DNA from: Escherichia coli O127:H6 str. E2348/69
GTDB lineage: Bacteria; Pseudomonadota; Gammaproteobacteria; Enterobacterales; Enterobacteriaceae
Length of the DNA stretch: 64,000 nt
Reading direction: 5' to 3' (one strand)
NCBI RefSeq assembly: GCF_000026545.1
Contig: NC_011601.1
Shown here: piece by piece, positions 1 through 9,884 of the stretch
How positions within the stretch are numbered: position 1 is the stretch's first letter
Layout: each line of letters begins with the position of its first letter
Program-made: the position numbers and the translations under genes
Notes under the pieces: generated by a model
The model's database searches: none
What the model was told of the DNA's origin: nothing
Seen by the model: the letters and a program-made list of their open reading frames with translations, nothing else

Positions 1-2079
1 CGCTTTATCCAGCGAACGGAACAGATCTTTATAATCGATAATATAGCCATACTCTTTATCCTCACCGTCCAGCCGGTTCACCCGACAAATCGCCTGAAAC
101 AGCGTATGGTCGGTCATGGTTTTATCAATGTAGAGATAGGTGGCGGACGGCGCGTCAAAGCCAGTCAGCAGCTTATCCACCACGATAAGCAGGCGCATTT
201 GCCCCGGCTCTTCAATAAAACGCTGTTTCACTTCCCGCTCGAACTCGGTAATGCGTGCGGCGGCCTTCTCTTCACTTTGTTCAAAATAGTCAGCCAACAT
301 TTTACGATAGGTGGCGTGTTTAGAGAGTTTCTCCGTTAACCCTTCGCCTGTTTCTTCGCCTTTGATGCTGGCGGCATCGGGGCGATAGCTGGTCACAATC
401 GCTACTTTTCCTGCCAGCTCGGTCTGGCTGAACATCTCGTAAACCTTGCAGGCTTGATAGATACTGCTGCATACCAGCATGGCGTTGCCGCGCCCGTCCA
501 TCAGGCGTGGACGGGTATCCATATCCAACAAAATGTCGTTAACGATCTGCTCCAGCCGCGACTTGCTGGAGAGCAGCTTCTGCATTGATCCCCACTTTTG
601 CTTAAGCTGGGTCCTAGCTAAATTCGACAAGCCGCGAGTCTTGGCTTCAAACCAGTCATCGACCTTTTTCTCTGATGTCAGATACTGGTCAATATCGCGC
701 GCCTCATAGCGCAGATCCAGCACCACACCGTCGGCCACCGCTTCATCAAATTTATAGGTATGGATATAAGGGCCGAACACCTCAACCGACTTCTTCTTAT
801 CTTTCTTCATCAGCGGTGTGCCGGTAAAACCGATAAACAGGGCATCCGGCAGAATGGCAGTCATGGCGTTATGCAGCTTGCCGGATTGTGTGCGGTGGCA
901 CTCATCCACAAAAACAAACAGATCGCCTTTGGCGCAGAATGTTTTCGTCAGGGACTGCTGTAATTCGGTGATAAAGGCGTCGGTAGCCGCATTGTCTTCA
1001 GCTTCGCTGCGACGACCAAATTTATGCACCAGCGAGCAAATAAGCCACGGGTTAGGATGATTGAGCGTTGCGATAAGATCGTTGCCGCTGGAGGTGCGAT
1101 AAATATCTTCATTCACGCCCATAAACACGCTTTCGATCTGTTCATCCAGTTCGGTGCGGTCAGTCACAATCAACACGCGGGAGTTTGGCACATTTTCACG
1201 GATCCACTTCGCCAGCCAGACCATCGTCAGGCTTTTACCCGATCCCTGTGTGTGCCAGATAATACCGCCTTCACGACGGGCAATATGTTGTTTAGCCGCC
1301 TCGACGCCGAAGAACTGATTATGGCGGCAGAGTTTTTTCACCCCGACATCAAAGGCAATGTAATTATGGACGATATCCAACAGCCTGGATTTGCTACACA
1401 GACGACTTAAATGAAAGTCGAGTTTATGTGTATAGTCGCCAGGATTATCTTCTTTCCACTCCAGATAGTATTTTTCCGGGGTTTCGATGGTGCCGTAGCG
1501 CAGGCCCTGCGTATCGTTGCCTGCCATCACTAACTGCATAGTGGTGAAGAAATCGCGGATAAAGGTTTTCTTTTGATTATCGAGATTCTGCCGGATGCCT
1601 TCGCTGACGTGTACTGACGAACGCTTAAGTTCAATCACGCCCAGCGCAATGCCGTTAACGTACAGCACCAGATCCGGGCGCTTGCAGTACTCGCCTTTGA
1701 CCGTCACCTCATCAGCGATGGCGAAATCATTGGCTTGTGGGTTGGCCCAGTCAATCAGCCACACGGTTTGGTTCTGCTCGCCTGCGCCTTCTTTGTCTTT
1801 CACGCCGTAACGCAGCAGGCGATAGACCTCTTTATTGGCGTAATAGAGTTTTTTGCCTTCGCCCAGAGCGGCGGCGGAATCCAGTTGCCGCAACGCCCGG
1901 GTGATCAACGTATCATTAACGCCGCGCCGTTTTAGCCACGCGCTCAGTATATTAGTGTCGATGTTGCTGTTCCCGGTGTACCCGGTGCGGTGACTCAGAT
2001 GGCGGTAACCTAAATCTTCAACAAAAAACTGAATCAGACGCTGCTGTGTGGCGCGTTCGCGCTGGCCCACGGTACTCAA
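1..2079 (-). CDS. hsdR: Type I restriction enzyme R subunit (HsdR), partial; C-terminus runs off the left window edge
   Basis: Reverse-complement translation from ~2079 gives a continuous frame with helicase motifs (WHTQGSGKSLTMVWLA Walker A, FVFVDECHRTQ DEAH-like, GFTGTPL). AAGGAG lies 6 nt upstream of a TTG at 2079; alternative GTG at 2070. Not in ORF track because incomplete. Confidence 0.88.
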   Translation of the reverse strand, partial: MSTVGQRERATQQRLIQFFVEDLGYRHLSHRTGYTGNSNIDTNILSAWLKRRGVNDTLITRALRQLDSAAALGEGKKLYYANKEVYRLLRYGVKDKEGAGEQNQTVWLIDWANPQANDFAIADEVTVKGEYCKRPDLVLYVNGIALGVIELKRSSVHVSEGIRQNLDNQKKTFIRDFFTTMQLVMAGNDTQGLRYGTIETPEKYYLEWKEDNPGDYTHKLDFHLSRLCSKSRLLDIVHNYIAFDVGVKKLCRHNQFFGVEAAKQHIARREGGIIWHTQGSGKSLTMVWLAKWIRENVPNSRVLIVTDRTELDEQIESVFMGVNEDIYRTSSGNDLIATLNHPNPWLICSLVHKFGRRSEAEDNAATDAFITELQQSLTKTFCAKGDLFVFVDECHRTQSGKLHNAMTAILPDALFIGFTGTPLMKKDKKKSVEVFGPYIHTYKFDEAVADGVVLDLRYEARDIDQYLTSEKKVDDWFEAKTRGLSNLARTQLKQKWGSMQKLLSSKSRLEQIVNDILLDMDTRPRLMDGRGNAMLVCSSIYQACKVYEMFSQTELAGKVAIVTSYRPDAASIKGEETGEGLTEKLSKHATYRKMLADYFEQSEEKAAARITEFEREVKQRFIEEPGQMRLLIVVDKLLTGFDAPSATYLYIDKTMTDHTLFQAICRVNRLDGEDKEYGYIIDYKDLFRSLDKA

Positions 2080-2097
2080 AAGGCGCTCCTTAAACCC

Positions 2098-3177
2098 TCA
2101 GCAATGGAACTCCATTACGCGGTTAATGGCAAATTGCAGATTATTATTATCAAACAGCCTCAACTTACGGCTGGCCCAGCGTTCGCCCGCAGGCCACTGG
2201 TGCAGCCCTTCCTTAACGGAGTCCAGCGTTGGTTGACATTCGCCACGGCTCAGCAACCAGTCTACGGTTGCCAGCAACTCCAGACCAAACGGCGATTCAA
2301 AGCCGTCAATTAACTGGCTGACCTGCTCCAGCGCAGGTAGCCACTCTCTGGCTTCGTTGTTCAGATACGCATTAACGTGTTCTTTTTTCTGATCGTTAAA
2401 CCAGATCACATCCAGCGGTTGGCTGTCCGGGATGCGTTTCTCGGCTTTAAGATAGGTGCCGTCCAGCGCATTAAGCAGATGGTTCAGATTGGGCGCATAG
2501 GGGCCATAATAGTGAGCTTCAAACCGCAGTTTGAGGATATCGTCCTGTTGATGCTGCTCAATGGCGCGTTGTAACAGCCAGGCCAGTTTCTGGATTTCCA
2601 GTAGGCTGCACTCCATCCCCAATACCCAGTAGCGACGCACCAGTTCAGCGATGGCGGCTCTGGCGGGAGTGAGCTTTTTTACGCCAGTGCTTTTGGCAAC
2701 GTTCTGGTATTTTTCAGTCGGTTGGTAAATCAGGATATCAACGTCCTGAAGGTCGCCAAGGGCAGATTCAATCTGCGCCCGAACGTCCGGCCAGTTCAAA
2801 CCACCGTTGCCTGCGCCCAGTGGTGGAATGGCGATGGACTGCACGTTCTCTTCAATCAAAAAGCGGCGTAAGTCCTGCAAGCCATCTTCAATCCACTCCA
2901 TGCGGGAATCAGCGCGCCAGTGCTGTTTGGTCGGAAAATTAACAATCCAGCGCGGTCCCATCAGTTCCCCGGTTTCGGTAATGAACATTTTGCCGGTGAT
3001 CACCTGCTTTTGTTTGCAGGCGAGGGCATAGACTTTCATATTTTCGGGGAAGCGCTCTTTAAACATCAACGCGATGCCTTTCCCCATGACACCGACGGTA
3101 TTAACCGTATTCACCAGAGCTTCCACCGGTGCGTCCAGTAAATTGCCTTGTGTATATGTGATCATGAGAAGTACCAT
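2098..3177 (-). CDS. darG: DarG antitoxin (N-terminal macrodomain, ADP-ribosyl-DNA glycohydrolase)
   Basis: 359-aa ORF; macrodomain signature near N-terminus ([26 protein letters not shown]). Alternative ATG at 3165 gives a 4-nt ATGA overlap with the darT stop. Confidence 0.85.
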
Positions 3178-3818
3178 CCAGACCGTGTGTGAACGGACAT
3201 TGTTAGATTACGCTGAAACAGCCATTGTTCTAATTGTAACCTGACCTCTTCGCTGTAACAAATTATCCCATCCAGCAGAGAGATCGGGCAGTGTTGCCAG
3301 ATTAGCGCCTCTGCCTGATAGCGTTCAAATTTAGCCGGATCGTCTGGATCGCGGCGAAAGTCCCGTGCCTGCAAAATGGGCCAGTCGATCTGGTCCAGAC
3401 TATTCAGACTGGTGTAGTAGTTGGTCCAGTTATAGTAAGCATGGCTGTCGGTAAACACGAAGGGCACGTCGTGTGCTGCCACGTTCCGCAAGTTGCTGAC
3501 CAGAATAACGATCTCCTCATTGGGGCGTCGCTTAATGCCGCCGCGCCCGCTGTGGATGTTCATCAGCATTGGCGAGAAGGGGGTAAAATAAAACGGCACA
3601 TAGTCATGCAGTGTCCCGCCCGTTCCGACAGGTACCGGATGCCCGGCACGCTTGCCGATCAGCTCCGGGTTGCCGATATTGATCCAGTTTTCCGCCTGCA
3701 CCAGACTGTTGCCGCAGTGCAGCCCGTTATCCAGAATCCACGGGATATTGTCCCGATGGACGATACGCCAGATCAGGGCTTTTTGCGGGTTGAGGCTGGC
3801 GCTGTAGTCATAGGCCAT
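3162..3818 (-). CDS. darT: DarT toxin (DUF4433 ssDNA thymidine ADP-ribosyltransferase)
   Basis: 218-aa ORF immediately upstream of and overlapping the macrodomain gene; size and sequence as recalled for enteropathogenic E. coli DarT; ATG at 3816-3818. Confidence 0.82.
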
Positions 3819-3829
3819 AGGTTTCCCTT

Positions 3830-5191
3830 CTATATTAAGCGGGTTTTCCCGGTTAACAACTCCTGCATCATCCCCTGTTTAAGCTGACGGGTTTTGTCCA
3901 GACGCTGTTGCAGGGTCTGAATTTCCTTGTCCATATCGGAGAGGATGGTGGCGATGGCGGTTTGTTCTTCTTTTGGCGGAAATGCAAGATGTAATTTCCT
4001 GATAATAGTAAGATTCAACCCACCACGCCCCCCATCACCAGTAGATAAACTTCTCAGTTCCTCATAACGACTGTCGAGGTTATAGAACAGGAATTCTGTG
4101 GAATGATGTTTGCTGGGGAAAATCGCAGCAATAGACTGATTAGTACATAATTCAATGCGATTAATTGCTACAGTCCCTCGAGTCTTTCCTTGTCCTGCCA
4201 ATCCGACTAATACAGAATTTTTAGGCACATACTTTGTACTGGAGTTAACAAGCCCTTCGTCGGTTATATAATCGGCTACAGCATACACCTGTTTTAGGTG
4301 TAATTCGCCGGAACTCATCCAAGGATGAGTTCCTCCCCAATATGCTGAAATTTTAGTACTCGGAGTTCCACCAGCACAGCAGTCAGTAAATTGTCCAATG
4401 CTTGTGACTACCCAATCTTCAGGAATCGCCCCCAACTCGCTCTTTTTATATCCCTTAGCAGAGCCATCTTTGCGCAACGCAAACTGTGGCAAACGGGTTT
4501 TACCAGTCAGTAGTTGCTGCATTGTGGCAGTTTTGATGGACTGTTTTTTTGAGAGTAATTTTTCTAGGGATAGAATCAAGCTATCAACATTGGTTAATAC
4601 ATTAGCAATAGCCTTTTGCTCTACGATATTTTTCGGTATAGATATGCATAACTTCTCTAAAACTGAACGTTTAATCCCTTGGGCCGTTGAACCAGTCGCG
4701 CTTTCAGAAATATATGATTGAAAACGCTCTGATAATAAGATTTGGAGTATTAGTGATGGAGAAAAATTCTCTCTATCTATTTGTAAAAGAATTGTTCTCT
4801 GGCTAAGAATATATTTTTTGTTATCAGGAATAGATGCTGCATTCCCCAGAGGGGCTTCCATTGTGAAAGCTATGTCCCCTTTTTGGGGATGACCGGATGT
4901 CATCCAGCGCTTATATAGTTCTTCGGAACCAAAGTAACATTCAGTAGATAAATCTATATATCCTTTTTTAACATTAGCAGCAGAAAGGGCAACGATATCC
5001 CCATCCCCCCAATCCATTCCAAGTTTTTTGGGAGTTCTGCCGCGATAATCAATTATGTTGGTTGTCAGGTTTAATATCGTGGATACAACCCAATCCTCAG
5101 GAATCATCTCCATCTCAGTCAGCTTATACCCCGCAGGCACACCTTTCCCCACCGTACCCGACCGTTGCTCATTCAGCATTAAATCCACCAT
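3830..5191 (-). CDS. hsdS: Type I R-M specificity subunit (HsdS), two target-recognition domains
   Basis: ~453-aa ORF with the conserved LTGKTRL repeat after each TRD; ATG at 5189-5191 overlaps the hsdM stop by 1 nt (track start 5197 is an alternative GTG). Confidence 0.88.
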   Translation of the reverse strand: MVDLMLNEQRSGTVGKGVPAGYKLTEMEMIPEDWVVSTILNLTTNIIDYRGRTPKKLGMDWGDGDIVALSAANVKKGYIDLSTECYFGSEELYKRWMTSGHPQKGDIAFTMEAPLGNAASIPDNKKYILSQRTILLQIDRENFSPSLILQILLSERFQSYISESATGSTAQGIKRSVLEKLCISIPKNIVEQKAIANVLTNVDSLILSLEKLLSKKQSIKTATMQQLLTGKTRLPQFALRKDGSAKGYKKSELGAIPEDWVVTSIGQFTDCCAGGTPSTKISAYWGGTHPWMSSGELHLKQVYAVADYITDEGLVNSSTKYVPKNSVLVGLAGQGKTRGTVAINRIELCTNQSIAAIFPSKHHSTEFLFYNLDSRYEELRSLSTGDGGRGGLNLTIIRKLHLAFPPKEEQTAIATILSDMDKEIQTLQQRLDKTRQLKQGMMQELLTGKTRLI

Positions 5192-7629
5192 CACCACTCC
5201 AGCCCCATCGCCCGCAAATGCCCGGCCACTTTCTCGCTCAACGCCTCAACGGCGGCTGCAAGTGCTGGCAACGGTTCAGCATAACGCTCTTCCAGCTCCT
5301 TTACGCGCGACGCCAGTTGCTGGGTAATACGCTCTATCTCCGCTTTGATCCCTGCCTGCAATGTTGCCAGCCACTTATCCTGCACTACCAGCGTTTTAAT
5401 CGCTGCTTCATCCAGCGTGGGATAATGTTTAAATACCGCTCGATCCAACGCTTTCTGTGCGGCTTTTAGCGCTTTTTTCGCACTGGCCTCGGCCTTAATC
5501 AGCGCCAGACAGCGGTTCAGCACTGCCAGCTCATCCGGGTCGGCAGGGGTTTTCTTCAACTGTGCCAGACGGGCATTCACCAGCTTTTGCGTCACCTTAT
5601 CTTTATCGTTTTTCGCCTCAGCCAGCAGATCCTCTTCCCCTGCCTGCTCCTCGATGAATTCCACTAGCTGACGACTGGCTTCTTCACTACGCTCCTGCGC
5701 GCGGTTCAGCGCATCCAGCAGTTCCGGGAAACAGCGAATTTCCACCAGCGAACGGGGCAGCACATCGGCCTTGTAGCGCCGTTTGGTAAACTCGAAATCG
5801 TGCGTTTCTTTCCAGATGTTTTTGCCATCTTTGCCTTTCACCGGCTGAAGCTCGCGGATTTGCGCGGCGGCTTGCCAGCCATCCTGCATAATCACATACA
5901 CATCGTCCTGCATGACATCAGCCCAGTAATCCATCAGGATCTGGTACACGCTGTATTTGTTCAGCAACTCACTGTTGGCGTACTGCGCCAATAGCATTTC
6001 GCTGATATCGTGGATTAGCGCTTTGGGTTTATCTCCTTTGCGGATCTCTTCCAGACCTGCCTCTTTTACCCACGACTTAAACGGTAGCAGGCTGCGGGTG
6101 GCAAAATCCTTAAACTCCTGATGAGCCAGAATGGTCGGTTTCACCTGCTGAGCGTCCACTTGCGCCCGGCAGTAACCGGGGTGGTCGTCAGCAAACAGCA
6201 CATTACGCAGGGCAGGGAATACCCGCCAATAATCCTTCAAAGCATCTACATCGCGCACTGGAATACCGCCTTGTAAGTGCGCGGTCAGATCGTGCAAATC
6301 TTCCGGCTCTCCACTCTCGATATAACGAGGAATATTCAGGTTGTAATCATTCCCGGCGATCTCGCTGGAGGGCACCATCCGGCTGTAGCCTGGCACCGTT
6401 CGCTGATGGTTGAACACGTCCACAATACGGTGAATATCTTGGCTACGCAGGCGGTTCTTGTTGCCATCTTTGATAAAGCCCCGACTGGCGTCGATCATAA
6501 AAATGCCTTTGCGGCTGTGGGCGTGCTCTTTATCAATCACAATGATGCACGCCGGGATGCCGGTGCCGTAAAACAGGTTGGCTGGCAAACCAATAACGCC
6601 TTTGATATAGCCCTGCTTGATTAGGTTTTCACGGATATTCGCTTCGGCGTTACCGCGAAACAGTACGCCGTGGGGCAGGATTACCGCGCCTTTGCCGGTA
6701 CTTTTCAGGCTTTTAATGATATGCAACAAAAAAGCATAATCGCCGTTTTTTTCCGGCGGAATACCCCAGCCGAAGCGTTCAAACGGATCTTTTTTTGGCG
6801 TCAGCCCGTTGGTCCAGTTTTTATTGGAAAAAGGCGGGTTCGCCACGGCAAAATCGAAGGCTTTCAGTTTGCCGTTCGCCTCTTTCCACTGCGGATCGCT
6901 CAGCGTATTGCCCTGCCAGATTTTCGCGGTGGCATTGTTATGCAGAATCATGTTCATCCGCGCCAGCGCACTGGTAGCGTTATCCATCTCTTGGCCGAAA
7001 ATCGACAGTCCGCGCCGGGCTTCATCATTCACTTTCAACAGCAGCGAACCAGAGCCACAGGTTGGGTCATAAACCGTTGCATCTCGCGGCGTATCGGGAG
7101 TAATACCAATCACCTTCGCCAGAATACGTGACACCTCCGCCGGAGTGTAAAACTGTCCTTTACTCTTGCCGGATTCGGTTGCGAAGTGACGCATCAGATA
7201 TTCATAGGCATCGCCCAGCAGATCGTCGCCTTCGACCCGGTTGCTGGAGAGATCTAACCCTTCAAAGATACCGACAAGCTTGCTCAGGCGGTCAATCATT
7301 TCCTTGCCTTTGCCGAGTTTATCTTCGTCGTTAAAGTCGGCTTCGTCGATGACGCCCTTCAGGCCGTTCTCTTCCGCCAGCTTGTGGATGATTTTGTTGA
7401 TTTTATCGCCGATCTCTTTGTCATTTTTCAGCGCAACCATATCGTCAAAGCTGGCTCCTTTGGGTATCACGATCATCCCGTAAGGATCGCCTTTATACTT
7501 ATCGGAAACGTACTTCATAAACAGCAGGGTCAGTACATAGTCTTTGTACTGGCTGGCGTCCATCCCGCCACGCAGTTCGTCGCAGCTTGCCCACAGGGAA
7601 GAATAGAGTTCGGTTTTTTTGATAGCCAT
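5191..7629 (-). CDS. hsdM: Type I R-M N6-adenine DNA methyltransferase (HsdM), unusually long (812 aa) with a C-terminal coiled-coil extension
   Basis: HsdM-type N-terminus (ELYSSLWASCDELRGGMDASQYKDYVLTLLFMKYVSDKY), SAM-binding FYTP and catalytic NPPF motifs; ~280 aa alanine/lysine/glutamate-rich helical tail. Confidence 0.88.
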   Translation of the reverse strand: MAIKKTELYSSLWASCDELRGGMDASQYKDYVLTLLFMKYVSDKYKGDPYGMIVIPKGASFDDMVALKNDKEIGDKINKIIHKLAEENGLKGVIDEADFNDEDKLGKGKEMIDRLSKLVGIFEGLDLSSNRVEGDDLLGDAYEYLMRHFATESGKSKGQFYTPAEVSRILAKVIGITPDTPRDATVYDPTCGSGSLLLKVNDEARRGLSIFGQEMDNATSALARMNMILHNNATAKIWQGNTLSDPQWKEANGKLKAFDFAVANPPFSNKNWTNGLTPKKDPFERFGWGIPPEKNGDYAFLLHIIKSLKSTGKGAVILPHGVLFRGNAEANIRENLIKQGYIKGVIGLPANLFYGTGIPACIIVIDKEHAHSRKGIFMIDASRGFIKDGNKNRLRSQDIHRIVDVFNHQRTVPGYSRMVPSSEIAGNDYNLNIPRYIESGEPEDLHDLTAHLQGGIPVRDVDALKDYWRVFPALRNVLFADDHPGYCRAQVDAQQVKPTILAHQEFKDFATRSLLPFKSWVKEAGLEEIRKGDKPKALIHDISEMLLAQYANSELLNKYSVYQILMDYWADVMQDDVYVIMQDGWQAAAQIRELQPVKGKDGKNIWKETHDFEFTKRRYKADVLPRSLVEIRCFPELLDALNRAQERSEEASRQLVEFIEEQAGEEDLLAEAKNDKDKVTQKLVNARLAQLKKTPADPDELAVLNRCLALIKAEASAKKALKAAQKALDRAVFKHYPTLDEAAIKTLVVQDKWLATLQAGIKAEIERITQQLASRVKELEERYAEPLPALAAAVEALSEKVAGHLRAMGLEW

Positions 7630-7668
7630 TAAATATCTCGTTTTGCGCGATAATGTGCCGTAAGTCGG

Positions 7669-7914
7669 TTACAGCAGATCGGTATTCAGACCGGCGGCCT
7701 TTAACCGACGGGTTAAGTTACGCATTTTGCTGAATTCGGTACCGAGGCTCTGGCTCAGACCAGTGCCTTCGCAAAAGGCTTTTGCCGTAATGTGTTCCAG
7801 TTTGTCGGCATATTTAATCATTTGCAGGTGCAGCTCGACGGTGTACTGGTTACGAGGCGCACTGGAAAGTGCCTGCCGGATATGGCGATAAATCTCGTCT
7901 TCATCCATATTCAT
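7669..7914 (-). CDS. Small hypothetical protein (~81 aa) directly upstream of hsdM; possible regulator
   Basis: ORF co-oriented with hsdM and ending 40 bp before its ATG; likely start at internal ATG 7912-7914 (MNMDEDEIYRH...). The track N-terminal extension begins at a TTG and runs through the tandem repeat. Confidence 0.4.
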   Translation of the reverse strand: MNMDEDEIYRHIRQALSSAPRNQYTVELHLQMIKYADKLEHITAKAFCEGTGLSQSLGTEFSKMRNLTRRLKAAGLNTDLL

Positions 7915-7940
7915 GGTAACCACTGGTATAATGGATAAGT

Positions 7941-7967
7941 TAGCTAAATTAGCTAAATTAGCTAAAT
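7941..7967. repeat. Three tandem copies of a 9-bp unit containing the 8-bp palindrome TTAGCTAA
   Basis: TTAGCTAAA TTAGCTAAA TTAGCTAAA read directly; lies ~27 bp upstream of the small ORF start on the minus strand. Confidence 0.85.
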
Positions 7968-9059
7968 GTGGTATCAGGTTCAAGAACTACAGTGGGAGTC
8001 GGATTTGACTGCGCGATTTATGCACGTAAATGCCTTGTGGCGGATTAATGGCTGCAGTATCTTCTCCTTCCGCGCCTGCAAAATCAGGCGTCAGAATTAG
8101 CCTCCTGAAAACCGTTACAGGAGACTTCTCTATAGACTACAATCCTTGTCCCTGACTGCGATTTACTCGATCTATTGTTCGTTCCCTTATAATGCCACTA
8201 TAGATTTTACCGCCTTGGTCGACAACTGCGCCCGCTTTGCCGAATCCCTGATAGAAACCTAGGATCTTGCGCTGTAGCTTACCCTCTGCGGGCGATCTTG
8301 TACTGCTGCAACTCACGCAACACGACCTCATCCCGCCGCATCTTAACGAAAGCCTGCTCAGTGATACTCTCCCCACCATGCCAGAGCAGGTTATTTCTGA
8401 ACCTGATTCTTGTGCGAATATTGCCTCGTGCGGGCTGTGCATCATCGCCGCTCTTTGATAAGAGGCGTCAAAGGTAAGGGGCGTAGCGTTATTAGTTTGG
8501 GCTATACACTTGCGCTACAACTCTTCAAATAGCTATATATCAACAATATTTAGCCATAAACCGTCTACTTCCGTCTCAATTATACTCAAATTAAGGCATG
8601 CGGCATCTTTGTGACACATTTGTTTTTTTTATACAGGTTAGAGTTGACCTGCTCTCCGTTGATTAACTCACATTGTTGTTAACCACGTCTACTTTTAGCA
8701 CGACACTGATGCGTTAACTGAGCGAATGGTCTGCTTTGAGCGAGGAACGGACGTTCGCTTTCGGGTAACCTAACCCATATGCCAGAGGATCTCTAAGAGA
8801 TAATGGGTCGTTTAAGCGTGGCACTTACAGTATCAACGCCTCCGCACCCGACAACGTCTTGACTGCTGCAGATTCACTGAATAGACTGGTGACCTTTATC
8901 TTCATTTTGCGTGCAGCAAAATAAAGTTTTTGACTTACGAAAATCGTCGATTCGACTTAATTATACTAAGGGTTTTATGCTGACTTTTCATTGTGGGATA
9001 CACTAAATTAGTGAGATGAGAATTTATCTAACTGTCATTAACATAAGTAGGATTTAAAA

Positions 9060-9428
9060 ATGGCTAATAGCGAAATTGTTCCGTTTTCTGAAATTGTTAC
9101 AAGCAAAATAGACCTCAATCAAGCTGTAGCTCAAGGTCAAGAGATGACTGATACTCTTAAAAAAATGGGTATCAAAGAAGCGACATTTGATAGTGGAGCT
9201 TACTATAAACATGATCACGAATCGCAGACCACTACTCTTGCAGCTGATGGAATCTTGATGCGGCAGAGCCTCCACATTACAACAGTTATTTTCCGTAACG
9301 AAGGAAGTACTGAACAACAAGCTTTAGAGGAGCTTAATGCTGGTTCTCTGACACAAAAAACCTTAGGTGCATTCTCTGGAGTCTCTCAACAGAGAGCGTC
9401 TGAGCTACTCCAAATTGAAAAAGAATAA
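9060..9428 (+). CDS. Hypothetical protein (122 aa) with a C-terminal helix-turn-helix-like segment
   Basis: ORF in a low-GC block; AGGA ribosome-binding site upstream; C-terminal TQKTLGAFSGVSQQRASELLQIE resembles XRE-type HTH. Confidence 0.5.
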   Translation: MANSEIVPFSEIVTSKIDLNQAVAQGQEMTDTLKKMGIKEATFDSGAYYKHDHESQTTTLAADGILMRQSLHITTVIFRNEGSTEQQALEELNAGSLTQKTLGAFSGVSQQRASELLQIEKE

Positions 9429-9497
9429 TTATAAATAGGTTAGTAACGGCAGTTTTCTGCCGTTACTAAGAGTATTTACTCAAAATTAGGGAGTATT

Positions 9498-9884
9498 ATG
9501 GGATTCAATGACCAGCCCAAAAACCTGAAAAAATCCATTAACGATAAATATAACAGAAGGGTAAAGTCACTTTCTCGGCATCTCGAGGATTTTATTTATC
9601 ATGCAGAAATGAAACTGGACGAATCTATTTCTGGAAGGATTTATCGCAGAAGCGAGATTGAGTCAATTGTTGAGAAAGTAAAAGAATTGATGGCTATCCT
9701 TCCGGCTTCAGATGAACCTCCTTCAATTAATTTTGATATTCTTGAAATCATTGAGAATGCAACAGAAGAAACTCAGCGCATTTTATCAGAAGGACAAAAA
9801 TTCTTCGACAACCTCTCTCCTGAAGAATTGGCAGAAATGATATCAACATTCCAACAAAATAAAAAAGATAGTGAATCTGAGTGA
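9498..9884 (+). CDS. Hypothetical protein (128 aa), acidic and predicted helical
   Basis: ORF 70 bp downstream of and co-oriented with the previous ORF; GGGAG ribosome-binding site; no recognisable motif. Confidence 0.45.
   Translation: MGFNDQPKNLKKSINDKYNRRVKSLSRHLEDFIYHAEMKLDESISGRIYRRSEIESIVEKVKELMAILPASDEPPSINFDILEIIENATEETQRILSEGQKFFDNLSPEELAEMISTFQQNKKDSESE

Noticed and set aside
106-2236. Plus-strand ORFs (77-128 aa) across the first 2 kb
   Set aside because: They lie antisense to a continuous hsdR reading frame with helicase motifs; no ribosome-binding sites or recognisable domains; treated as shadow ORFs.
7941-7967. Possible CRISPR array
   Set aside because: Only three 9-bp units in direct tandem with no spacers; not a CRISPR architecture, and no cas genes are present in the window.
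7915-7983. N-terminal extension of the small ORF encoding LANLANLANL
   Set aside because: The extension starts at a TTG and is just the translation of the TTAGCTAAA repeat array; an internal ATG with better context is the more plausible start.
8137-8458. ORFs of 102 aa (minus) and 63 aa (plus) between hsd and the AT-rich genes
   Set aside because: Overlapping antisense pair, Cys/Ser/Arg-rich low-complexity translations, no ribosome-binding site; at most gene remnants.
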